This document shows positions 7,347-15,639 of a stretch of 64,000 nt of DNA, in pieces. Below the pieces are notes generated by a model. The model was not told where the DNA came from and searched no databases. It saw only the letters and a program-made list of their open reading frames with translations. A program made the position numbers and the translations under genes. The DNA comes from an uncultured Gammaproteobacteria bacterium. Its GTDB lineage: Bacteria > Patescibacteriota > Microgenomatia > UBA8517. The number at the start of each line of letters is the position of its first letter. Positions within the stretch are counted from its first letter, which is position 1. Location of the stretch: NCBI GenBank assembly GCA_964635715.1, contig CAZWNZ010000001.1:10358-74357 (forward strand). The letters are read 5' to 3'.

Positions 7347-7441
7347 TGTTCAATTTCAAATAAATACCAATTTCAAATTCCAAATTTCCAAAACGAAGTT
7401 TGTTACGTATTGGGAATTTGTATTTATTGGTTTATTGGTAC
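7347..7441. repeat. imperfect ~95-bp palindromic intergenic element (copy II) between rpsC and rplP
   Basis: Arm aaataaataccaatttcaaattccaaatttccaa pairs with arm attgggaatttgtatttattggtttattggtacttatt. Shares ccaataagtaccaat and caaat/ccaat blocks with 5811-5911. Confidence 0.7.
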
Positions 7442-8095
7442 TTATTGTTCTCCTTTCTTGTGTATCCACACCTTAACTCCCACATACCCTCTTTTCAAAA
7501 GGGCCGGAAATTGTGCATAATCTATTTCTTCTCTCAATGTCTGAGACGGAACTGATCCCTGATGAAACTTTTCAACTCGGGAAATTTCTGCTCCATTTAT
7601 ACGTCCTGCCAATACAACTTTTATACCCAATGCCCCTCCTGCCATAACTCTTTCGATTGCCTTCTGAACGGCACGCCTATGAGGAATCCTTCGCTCCATC
7701 TCTCCGGCTATTCTTTCTGCTACTAAACATGCCGAAAGTTCGGGATTTTTAACTTCGTTAATTCTTATATCGATTTTTATATCTTTGATACTTTTACCAC
7801 GGGCTTTACTCATTATTTCCAATATGTATCTTTTAACATCTTCTATACCTGTTCCACCGCGTCCGATAACCACACCGGGTCTACTTACGGTTATAATAAC
7901 AACTATACTTTTTGGCAATCTTTCGATTTCAACAGCCGTAACTCCTGCAAGTTTAAGTCTTTTTGTTAACTCCTGACGAATTTTTATATCTTCAACCAAA
8001 AAGTTCTTAAAGTTTGCAGGGTCAGCAAACCACCTTGATTTCCAGGGAAGGTAGCTACCAATTCTTATACCGGTCGGGTTAACTTTTTGTCCCAT
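7442..8095 (-). CDS. rpsC: 30S ribosomal protein S3
   Basis: MGQKVNPTGIRIG...KH domain; operon position. Confidence 0.94.
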   Translation of the reverse strand: MGQKVNPTGIRIGSYLPWKSRWFADPANFKNFLVEDIKIRQELTKRLKLAGVTAVEIERLPKSIVVIITVSRPGVVIGRGGTGIEDVKRYILEIMSKARGKSIKDIKIDIRINEVKNPELSACLVAERIAGEMERRIPHRRAVQKAIERVMAGGALGIKVVLAGRINGAEISRVEKFHQGSVPSQTLREEIDYAQFPALLKRGYVGVKVWIHKKGEQ

Positions 8096-8613
8096 TATTT
8101 TTTCTCAGAAGAGTCACCTTTGGTTCCCCTTCTGCCTTTCCCTCCTTTTTCAGGAGCTGCAACCGTAGCTTTAACTTCTGTTTTATCATTTGTCATTTGT
8201 TTATTTGCAGATTTGCTTATGTCCGAATCAAGCTTGCTTATTTGCTTATCAGCCTTGCTGTCTCTATTCAGCGTAGTTAATACTACGCGTATGTGTGCCA
8301 TTCTCTTTTTATAAGGATGCCACATTCCTCTGGACACCGGTCTTCCTCTTTTTAAGCGGGGACCTTCTCCTATTTGGATTTCTTTGAATATCAAATCTGT
8401 ATCAGAAACTCCTTGTGCTTTCGCATTTGCAACAGCCGCCTTAATTACTTTTGCTAAATCACCGGCTGCTCTCTTTTGCACAAAAGGCAGTCTTTCCACA
8501 GCATCAATCGGCTTCATTTTTTTGATTAAAGCCACAATCAGTCTAATTTTTCTCGGGCTTTCCAAAAGAAACTTCTGTGTTGCTTTAAACTCTTTTTGAT
8601 TATTGTTTTTCAT
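8095..8613 (-). CDS. rplV: 50S ribosomal protein L22 with Lys-rich C-terminal extension
   Basis: L22 core ...AKATQKFLLESPRKIRLIVALIKKM...; operon position. Confidence 0.9.
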   Translation of the reverse strand: MKNNNQKEFKATQKFLLESPRKIRLIVALIKKMKPIDAVERLPFVQKRAAGDLAKVIKAAVANAKAQGVSDTDLIFKEIQIGEGPRLKRGRPVSRGMWHPYKKRMAHIRVVLTTLNRDSKADKQISKLDSDISKSANKQMTNDKTEVKATVAAPEKGGKGRRGTKGDSSEKK

Positions 8614-8623
8614 TTTTTTAACG

Positions 8624-8905
8624 TTAGGTCTTGTCCATGGTACGCTTTACAATTTCTCCATGTCCTCTAAATGTTCTGGTCGGAGCAAATTCACCCAAAC
8701 GATGTCCAACCATATCCTCAGTTACAAAAACATTTATAAAAACGTGTCCGTTATGAACCTGGAAATACTTTCCGACAAATCCCGGTGCAATCTGACATTT
8801 TCTCGACCACGTTTTGATAGGACTCTCTTTAAGTCCCATCCCTTTTTCTACTTTTTTGACTAATATTGGGTCTATGTACGGCCCTTTTTTAGAACTTCTT
8901 GCCAT
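8624..8905 (-). CDS. rpsS: 30S ribosomal protein S19
   Basis: [16 protein letters not shown]...[33 protein letters not shown]. Confidence 0.94.
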   Translation of the reverse strand: MARSSKKGPYIDPILVKKVEKGMGLKESPIKTWSRKCQIAPGFVGKYFQVHNGHVFINVFVTEDMVGHRLGEFAPTRTFRGHGEIVKRTMDKT

Positions 8906-8916
8906 AATTTATATAT

Positions 8917-9669
8917 TTAACCTAAAACAGATCTGCCTCCACGATGTTGAACAATCATTCTATTGGAATATTTTTTCTTTGTACGGGTTTTACCTACTGC
9001 ACGCCTACCGTAAACTGTTTTTTGGTATTTCATTCCAACACTGCTTCGTCCTTCTCCTCCTCCATGCGGGTGGGCATGAGGATTCATTGCAACTCCGCGG
9101 ACACTGGGCCTAACACCCATATGTCTCTTTCGCCCTGCTTTACCAATAATTTTATTCTTTTCATCTTCATTGCCTATTTGGCCTATCTCAGCCATACATT
9201 CAGGGTCGAATCTTCTTATTTCACTCGATGGCAATTTGACTAATACCCATTTTTCTTCTTTTCCAAAGATTACCGCCACACTTCCGGCTCCTTTGACCAT
9301 CTGTCCACCTTTCCCGCTGGTTATCTCAATATTATGGATCGGTGTTCCAACCGGTATAGCTCTTAAAGGCAAGGCATTCCCCGCTTCTGTCGGGGCCACA
9401 TCGGAAGCTAGGATTTTAGACCCGACTTTAACACCAATTGGGCAAATAATGTAGCGCTTATCTCCATCCTCATATGATACAAGAGCTATGTCAGCATTTC
9501 TATTCGGATCGTATTCTATTGACCTTACAACTCCCCAAACATCTTTTTTATTTCTTCGAAAATCCACTTCACGCAAAAATCTTTTTTCGCGTCCACCCTG
9601 ATGCCTGACAGTAACTTTACCTTTAGATCTTCCTGACTTTTTAGCCAATATACTTTTTAGTTTTTTCAT
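8917..9669 (-). CDS. rplB: 50S ribosomal protein L2
   Basis: L2 hallmark ...GRNADIALVSYEDGDKRYIICP...HMGVRPSVRGVAMNPHAHPHGGGEGR. Confidence 0.95.
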   Translation of the reverse strand: MKKLKSILAKKSGRSKGKVTVRHQGGREKRFLREVDFRRNKKDVWGVVRSIEYDPNRNADIALVSYEDGDKRYIICPIGVKVGSKILASDVAPTEAGNALPLRAIPVGTPIHNIEITSGKGGQMVKGAGSVAVIFGKEEKWVLVKLPSSEIRRFDPECMAEIGQIGNEDEKNKIIGKAGRKRHMGVRPSVRGVAMNPHAHPHGGGEGRSSVGMKYQKTVYGRRAVGKTRTKKKYSNRMIVQHRGGRSVLG

Positions 9670-9678
9670 AATTTCAAA

Positions 9679-9954
9679 TTATTTCTTCCCCTCTTCAAAA
9701 ACATCAATTTTATCACCGCTTTTTAAAACCACAATTCCCTTTTTAACTGCCAATTTGTTAAATTTACGTCCTCTGGCATTTCTTCCTTTTTCCGGACCAA
9801 TTTTTGCTGTTCTAACTTCAGTGACGGTAACATCAAAAATTTGAGCAATCTTGGCAGCTACCTGTTTTTTTGTCATGAAACTATCAATTTTGAACGTATA
9901 CTTACCATTCTTTGCGTCTGCTAAACTCTTTTCTGTAAAAATTGGTTTTAACAT
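9679..9954 (-). CDS. rplW: 50S ribosomal protein L23
   Basis: MLKPIFTEKSLADAKNGKYTFKIDSFMTKKQVAAKIAQIFDV; operon position. Confidence 0.9.
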   Translation of the reverse strand: MLKPIFTEKSLADAKNGKYTFKIDSFMTKKQVAAKIAQIFDVTVTEVRTAKIGPEKGRNARGRKFNKLAVKKGIVVLKSGDKIDVFEEGKK

Positions 9955-9972
9955 ATTATTAGTCGCTAGAAA

Positions 9973-10668
9973 TTAGCCATTAGATGTCAGTTTTTTTGCC
10001 TCTTTCTTGTCTGTTTTCTTAATCAACTTCTTTTCTTTTGCCTCTTGCCCTCCACCTTTTACCTGATTTCCGAATATCTCTCCATCTACAACAATCATTC
10101 CGCCTTTGTAAATATCCAGTGCATTTGAATTCTTATAATAAACAGGTTTTGCGTTTTCTAAGTTTCTCAAATACCTGACAGCTTCTTTTGATTTTTCCGA
10201 AAGAACAAAAGTAAATTTCTTCGCTCCGGTTTCTTTCTCCAACACTTTTATCAAACTACCGGCTAATTTTGTTTTATTAAGAGACGGTATTCCTGTGACA
10301 AAAGCCATCTGTTTGTCACTGGCTTTTAAAGAAAAGGCCATAAATTTGGCTTTATTTTTAATATCGTTGGCCAGATTTAAAACTCTTTTGACAGGTCTGG
10401 GCCCTAGTGCAACCCCTCCACCGACAAACAAATTTGCCCTTCTGCTTCCGTGACGGGCTCCTCCTGTTCCTTTTTGTTTATATATCTTCTTTGTGGTTCT
10501 ATTAATTTCTGCTCTGGTTTTAGTTTTTCTAAGACCAATATGAGCCCTGTCCTCATAGACATAAATTGCCTGTGCCAAAAGGGGCATATTAACCTCCACA
10601 CTAAATTCCTTTGGCAATACCATATCTTCTGTTTTTGTTCCTTTAATCGTGTATGTTTGTATCTTCAT
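9973..10668 (-). CDS. rplD: 50S ribosomal protein L4 with Lys-rich C-terminal tail
   Basis: Uncharacteristic tail but core QKGTGGARHGSRRANLFVGGGVALGPRP is L4; operon position. Confidence 0.9.
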   Translation of the reverse strand: MKIQTYTIKGTKTEDMVLPKEFSVEVNMPLLAQAIYVYEDRAHIGLRKTKTRAEINRTTKKIYKQKGTGGARHGSRRANLFVGGGVALGPRPVKRVLNLANDIKNKAKFMAFSLKASDKQMAFVTGIPSLNKTKLAGSLIKVLEKETGAKKFTFVLSEKSKEAVRYLRNLENAKPVYYKNSNALDIYKGGMIVVDGEIFGNQVKGGGQEAKEKKLIKKTDKKEAKKLTSNG

Positions 10669-10674
10669 ATGATT

Positions 10675-11490
10675 TTAAGCTTGTGCTTGTTCTTCAGTTT
10701 TGGCTGCTTCCGGTTTTGACTCTTCTTTAACCTCTTGTCCTTCACCTTTTACACCCTCTTCTGCCGGAGCTTCGCCTTCAACCACCTGTGCTATCACTTC
10801 TTTTTCAAGATCTTTCAAGCTACCTGATTTAATTCTTTTAATCGTTACCATGGATCCTGTGGTGCCGGGAATTTGTCCCGAAATTTCAATTGTATTTGTT
10901 TTTTCATCGACTGAAATTATGTGCAAATTTTTGATGGTAACAGTCTCTCCACCCATTCTTCCAGCCATTTTTTTGCCTTTATAGACTCTTCCCGGTGTCG
11001 TAGTCTGCCCGATTGATCCCGGAGCACGTTCACGATCGCTTTGTCCATGGGTTCTTGGCCCACCTCTAAAGTGCCATCTTTTGACAACTCCTGCAAAACC
11101 TTTCCCCTTAGAAGTTCCTGTGACGGCAACAATGTCTCCGCGCTTTAATACTTCGGCAGCATTGACAATATCTCCAACTTTAAGAGCGGAACCTGTTACG
11201 GATTCCGGTTCTTTCTCAAGCCTAACCTCTCTAAGATATCTCGGGAATGAATTTGGAATTTGGAATTTGGAATTTGGAATTTTTTTGAGGTGTCCTTGAA
11301 GGGGTTTTGAAGTATTTTTTGCAGGCCTATCTGAAAATCCGAGCTGAATTGCCCAGTATCCGTCGCGTTCCTCTTTTTTAATTTGTGTCACGACACAAGG
11401 GCCCGCAATTACTTTTGTAACGGGAATCCTAAAACCTTGAACAAAGGTTTGTGAACATATTCCTTTCGATCCTAAAATAGTATTAATCAT
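10675..11490 (-). CDS. rplC: 50S ribosomal protein L3 with loop insertion encoded by a heptanucleotide repeat and an acidic C-terminal tail
   Basis: TGTSKGKGFAGVVKRWHFRGGPRTHGQS...APGSIGQTTTPGRVYKGKKMAGRMG L3 core. Insertion KIPNSKFQIPNSFPRY lies in the loop equivalent to E. coli AGVEAGRGLWEF. Confidence 0.92.
   Translation of the reverse strand: MINTILGSKGICSQTFVQGFRIPVTKVIAGPCVVTQIKKEERDGYWAIQLGFSDRPAKNTSKPLQGHLKKIPNSKFQIPNSFPRYLREVRLEKEPESVTGSALKVGDIVNAAEVLKRGDIVAVTGTSKGKGFAGVVKRWHFRGGPRTHGQSDRERAPGSIGQTTTPGRVYKGKKMAGRMGGETVTIKNLHIISVDEKTNTIEISGQIPGTTGSMVTIKRIKSGSLKDLEKEVIAQVVEGEAPAEEGVKGEGQEVKEESKPEAAKTEEQAQA
11251..11282. repeat. (atttgga)x4.5 heptanucleotide microsatellite inside the rplC coding sequence
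   Basis: atttggaatttggaatttggaatttggaattt encodes IPNSKFQIPNS on the minus strand. Confidence 0.85.
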
Positions 11491-11540
11491 TTTGGTTTTG
11501 GAGCCCGTTAGATGTGAACACTATCTAATGGGCCATTAAA

Positions 11541-11570
11541 CAACAAAAAAGCGCCTTTGCCAGGCGCTTC
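11541..11570 (-). terminator. rho-independent terminator downstream of the membrane-protein gene 11675-12664
   Basis: Minus-strand reading aagcgcc tggcaa aggcgct followed by tttttt (plus aaaaaa at 11544-11549). Confidence 0.6.
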
Positions 11571-11674
11571 CCCTGAAGCCATCCTTTCAAAGACTCTTAA
11601 TCGTGGCTAGTGTTTATCATAACCACTATCATGTTATGAGGGGAATTATATCAGAACTTCTTGAGCTCCGCAAG

Positions 11675-12664
11675 CTAAATTGCAACAATGATGGTTGAAA
11701 TCACAATGAGAAGAACAACCGGAATTGTTTTTTTGATATTTTTATAGAATATTAGCCAAAAAATAGGCACAATTGGTGCTAAATACCTGCCTAAATTTTC
11801 CAAAAAAGGAACAAGATTGATACCAAGCGTAAAAATATAAAAAGCAGTAATAATCCAAAATTCCAAGCCACGGGATTTGAGAGCCTTCCAATATAAACAA
11901 ATATAAAAAGTAATGTAAAAAAAACCCGATAGCAAAATTCTGTACCAATGCCACCTTGCAGCTCTTATAAGATCGTAGAAAAGCTGTCCCATCCCAAAGC
12001 TAATTCTTGAAGGATGCAGCGCCTCGTAAGTAAAGAGCTGATAAAAAGGATTTTTTATTCCGAAAAAATACACGTTATAGATCACTAAAAGCACAACCGG
12101 AATCAAAAAATATGGTAGGTTAAGAACAGCCTTTTTAATTTTTTTTGTCATGATCATATAAAACACCATGCCAGCAAATATGGCTATTCCTGCAATTCTG
12201 AAAGTAACCGAGATACCCAAGACCAGAAACGCCCAACGAAATAAATCTTTTTTATAGAAATAAATTGCAAGAAGCATCAAAAATACAAAAGGCATCTCGG
12301 TATCAATTAGGGAAGACAAATTGAGTAATATCGGTGGAAAAATTAGTGGCAAAAAACTATATTTTGAACCCGTTAATTTATAGAGCAAAACATAGGATCC
12401 GATTAAAGACAATATTACAACTACATAACCTGCCAGAAATGAATTTCCTGTTATAAAATGAAGCAAATAAATGACAATTGGAAGCCCGGGCAAAAGGCGC
12501 GATTCAAAAAATGAAATTTTTCCAACATTTAAAGGAAGTGTCTCCGAATAACCAACATAGTTATCTTGCTGAACAATCCCATTATTAAATCTAATAAATG
12601 CCAAAAACACCGATATTATTACGCAAAGAATAAACAATTTATGTTTGTATATTTTTGTAAGCAT
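11675..12664 (-). CDS. polytopic membrane protein, putative glycosyltransferase/polymerase (GT-C, EpsG or Wzy-like fold); inserted between rpsJ and rplC
   Basis: About 10 predicted TM helices; aromatic and Pro-rich loops (FESRLLPGLPIVIY...). No soluble domain. Adjacent to a sugar-nucleotide epimerase. Confidence 0.35.
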   Translation of the reverse strand: MLTKIYKHKLFILCVIISVFLAFIRFNNGIVQQDNYVGYSETLPLNVGKISFFESRLLPGLPIVIYLLHFITGNSFLAGYVVVILSLIGSYVLLYKLTGSKYSFLPLIFPPILLNLSSLIDTEMPFVFLMLLAIYFYKKDLFRWAFLVLGISVTFRIAGIAIFAGMVFYMIMTKKIKKAVLNLPYFLIPVVLLVIYNVYFFGIKNPFYQLFTYEALHPSRISFGMGQLFYDLIRAARWHWYRILLSGFFYITFYICLYWKALKSRGLEFWIITAFYIFTLGINLVPFLENLGRYLAPIVPIFWLIFYKNIKKTIPVVLLIVISTIIVAI

Positions 12665-12690
12665 TCGGAAGTATTATACTCTGAAACAAC

Positions 12691-13566
12691 ATGATACTTG
12701 TCACCGGTTCTTCTGGATTTATCGGCAGTAAACTTTTACCCCTTATTAGAAAGAAATATCCAAAAGAAGTTGTTACGGTTTTGAACAAAAATAATTGCAA
12801 TTTAGTAACCGGTCGGGGGCTATCGAAGCTTTCGGGAAAACCAAAAATAGTCTTTCATCTTGCTGCAACAACTGACACATCCAAAAGAGATCAGAGATGT
12901 AACGATATTGGAACCAAAAACCTTTTGAAGGCACTTCCAAGCCTCGGTCCAAAAACGCATTTTATATATACAAGCTCTCAAGTTGTATATTCGGGGAGAA
13001 GCGACACCGGAAAATTAATCACTTCAAAAACAGCTACTGCCACGAATAACAAGTACGGCAAAACTAAACTCATGGCAGAAAAAATTCTTCTTAGGGCCGC
13101 TAAAGAAAAAGGATTCAAACTGACGATAATAAGACTTCCAACTGTTTGGGGAGAAAATCCCAGAAAAAATGCTTTTTTGAATTTTTTGAGAAAACTTACT
13201 AAAAAGAATTCTATATTTTCAAGATTTGACTGGCCGGGCAAAGTTGCTCTTGTCTATGTTGAGGACGCAGTAAAATATATACTTAAGGCGGGGGAAATGC
13301 ATCCACAAACCATTTCTATAGCCGTAGAAAATCTAACTCTTGCCCAAATTTTTGAAAAAAATTACATAAATCAAGGTAAAATTTATAAGCAAATTAAGGT
13401 TCCGAACTTTGTTTGGAGCTTAGCTAGATTCTTAAGACCGTATTTAAAATATTTTGAATTTATTCTTCCAACAAGTCTTTTTAATTATCTTTGGAGAACA
13501 TCAATAATTGTGGATAGTCCCCTTGCCTGCAAGGTAAACATAAAAGGTAAAAAATTTGCCGGATAA
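12691..13566 (+). CDS. NAD-dependent epimerase/dehydratase (extended SDR family)
   Basis: N-terminal Rossmann motif MILVTGSSGFIGSKL; about 290 aa, typical of UDP-sugar epimerases and dehydratases. Confidence 0.7.
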   Translation: MILVTGSSGFIGSKLLPLIRKKYPKEVVTVLNKNNCNLVTGRGLSKLSGKPKIVFHLAATTDTSKRDQRCNDIGTKNLLKALPSLGPKTHFIYTSSQVVYSGRSDTGKLITSKTATATNNKYGKTKLMAEKILLRAAKEKGFKLTIIRLPTVWGENPRKNAFLNFLRKLTKKNSIFSRFDWPGKVALVYVEDAVKYILKAGEMHPQTISIAVENLTLAQIFEKNYINQGKIYKQIKVPNFVWSLARFLRPYLKYFEFILPTSLFNYLWRTSIIVDSPLACKVNIKGKKFAG

Positions 13567-13705
13567 TTGGTTACGGCTACCAGGAATGGGTTTTGCACCC
13601 ATTGGATTGTTAAAATGTTTTATTGTTAAATGGTTGTATGGGTAAATATCTGAAACTAAATGATATTAGCTCCTACAAAAAGGCGTTTACTTTATCAAAT
13701 TATGT

Positions 13706-13930
13706 ATGGAATATTGTAGACAAATGGAATTTCCTAGCAAAAAAGATAAGATTAACTTTTATCGTATGAGTAGGGGTTCAACTTTGGAATGTCTTGACTG
13801 GACTCAAAAGGCATATGTTAGGAAACTGATTACCAAATCTGAATATAAAAACATCATGTCAGATTTAAAAAGCATGCCCCTAGAAATTAATCAACTAATT
13901 AAATTCACGAATTTGAAGCTAAAAGAATAG
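13706..13930 (+). pseudogene. four-helix-bundle protein (TIGR02436 / '23S rRNA intervening-sequence protein' family), C-terminal fragment only
   Basis: EYCRQMEFPSKKDKINFYRMSRGSTLECLDWTQKAYVRKLI...EINQLIKF matches the family C-terminal half (AEGxxRxSxKEFxxFLxIARGSxxEL...). The N-terminal ~50 aa are missing, and an out-of-frame remnant (KKAFTLSNYVWNIVDKWNFLAKK) lies upstream. Confidence 0.45.
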
Positions 13931-13965
13931 CAATTTGACAATTTAACAATACAACAATTGAGATC

Positions 13966-14274
13966 TTACATCTTAATCTCAATGGAGACACCTGCCGGGA
14001 GGTCCATGTTTCCAAGAGAATCCACCGTACGGGGAGAGGGATCGATAATATCAATTAAACGTTTGTGAACTAAAATTTCAAAGTGTTCTTGGGCATCTTT
14101 GTCCGTAAAAGGAGACTCTTTAACAGCCATCATGGATCTTTTTGTGGGGAGAGGAATGGGGCCGATTATTTTTGCACCAGTGGCTAGAGCGGTATCAACA
14201 ATTTTTGCTGCCGCCTCATCTACTACTCTATGATCGTAGCTTTTGAGCTTTACTCTAAGTCTTGAGCTTGCCAT
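13966..14274 (-). CDS. rpsJ: 30S ribosomal protein S10
   Basis: RLRVKLKSYDHRVVDEAAAKIVDTALATGAKIIGPIPLPTK...; immediately downstream of tuf. Confidence 0.94.
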   Translation of the reverse strand: MASSRLRVKLKSYDHRVVDEAAAKIVDTALATGAKIIGPIPLPTKRSMMAVKESPFTDKDAQEHFEILVHKRLIDIIDPSPRTVDSLGNMDLPAGVSIEIKM

Positions 14275-14310
14275 TTCTGGTTAAAGTGCTGTTGTCGCCA
14301 TCTGGCGTCC

Positions 14311-15504
14311 TTATTTAATAATTTTCGTAATGACTCCATCACCTACGGTGTGGCCGCCTTCACGAATTGCAAATCTAAATCCTTCCTCTATTGCGACCGG
14401 TTGAATAAGCTTCACGGTCATTTTGGCATTGTCTCCAGGCATGACCATTTCAATTCCTTCCGGAAGTGTGGCTTCACCTGTAATGTCAGCTGTCTTGATG
14501 TAGAACTGTGGCTTGTAGCCTGTAAAGAACGGTGTGTGGCGTCCACCTTCCTCTTTGCTCAAGATATAAACTTCTGCTTCAAAATCTGTGTGGGGGGTAA
14601 GAGAACCCGGCTTGGCCAAAACCTGTCCACGCTCTACCTGGCTCTTCTCAATTCCACGAAGTAGAACTCCTACGTTATCACCCGCCTGAGCCTCATCAAG
14701 AGTCTTTCTAAACATTTCAAGTCCTGTAACAATAGACTTTTGAGTTTCCTTAAGACCAACAATTTCAATTTCTTCGTTAACTTTAATTATTCCACGATCA
14801 ACTCTTCCGGTCACAACTGTACCACGACCTTGAATCGTAAAAACATCTTCAACAGCCATCAAGAAAGGTTTGTCTGTTTCACGAACCGGATCCGGAATAT
14901 AGGTATCAACTGCATTCATTAGCTCTTCAATTTTCTTTTCTGCTTCTGCATCACCTTCTATTGCCTTAAGGGCTGATCCTCTGATAACCGGAACTTCATC
15001 ACCCGGATAACCGTATTTCTTAAGAAGTTCACGCACATCAGCTTCAACTAAATCAATAAGTTCAGGGTCAGTTACCATGTCACATTTATTTAAGAAGACC
15101 ACAATTGCCGGAACATTAACCTGTTTAGCCAAAATAACGTGTTCACGAGTTTGAGGCATTGGGCCGTCTGCCGCAGACACAACCAAAATTGCTCCATCCA
15201 TCTGAGCTGCACCGGTGATCATGTTCTTGATGTAATCGGCATGACCTGGAGCATCTATATGAGCATAATGCCTTTTTTCTGTTTCGTACTCCTGATGTGA
15301 AAGATTAATTGTAACTCCACGCTCTTTCTCTTCGGGAGCTGAGTCAATATCTTCATATTTTTTTGCTGCGGCTAAACCTTTCTTGGACAAAACCATCGTG
15401 ATAGCGCTGGTGAGGGTGGTTTTACCATGATCGACATGACCAATGGTACCAATGTTCACATGGGGTTTGCTTCTTTCAAAGTGTTGTTTTGCTTCTCCTG
15501 CCAT
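14311..15504 (-). CDS. tuf: elongation factor Tu
   Basis: [39 protein letters not shown] and related EF-Tu motifs; 397 aa. Confidence 0.97.
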   Translation of the reverse strand: MAGEAKQHFERSKPHVNIGTIGHVDHGKTTLTSAITMVLSKKGLAAAKKYEDIDSAPEEKERGVTINLSHQEYETEKRHYAHIDAPGHADYIKNMITGAAQMDGAILVVSAADGPMPQTREHVILAKQVNVPAIVVFLNKCDMVTDPELIDLVEADVRELLKKYGYPGDEVPVIRGSALKAIEGDAEAEKKIEELMNAVDTYIPDPVRETDKPFLMAVEDVFTIQGRGTVVTGRVDRGIIKVNEEIEIVGLKETQKSIVTGLEMFRKTLDEAQAGDNVGVLLRGIEKSQVERGQVLAKPGSLTPHTDFEAEVYILSKEEGGRHTPFFTGYKPQFYIKTADITGEATLPEGIEMVMPGDNAKMTVKLIQPVAIEEGFRFAIREGGHTVGDGVITKIIK

Positions 15505-15568
15505 AGGTATATATTGTATTACTTACTTTTCTAACTTACAAGAGTTAATTTCTCTTGCCCAAGATTGA

Positions 15569-15598
15569 ATTATACTCGAGGCTAAATAGGCATGTCAA
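15569..15598 (-). promoter_or_regulatory. sigma70-type promoter for tuf (TTGACA-N18-TATAAT on minus strand)
   Basis: Minus-strand cTTGACAtgcctatttagcctcgagTATAATtca; -35 at 15593-15598, -10 at 15569-15574. Confidence 0.55.
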
Positions 15599-15639
15599 GA
15601 ACTAATAATGTCTAACAATTTTGATTATAAGTTCGTAGA

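Noticed and set aside
10404-11132. Same-strand alternative-frame ORFs 10404-10601 and 10917-11132 within rplD/rplC
   Set aside because: They are overlapped entirely by the correct ribosomal protein frames and have no recognisable motifs.
14275-14310. Short hairpin cgccagatggcg between tuf and rpsJ considered as a terminator
   Set aside because: The stem is only 5 bp, with no U-tract. At most it is a weak attenuator, so it is not reported as a feature.
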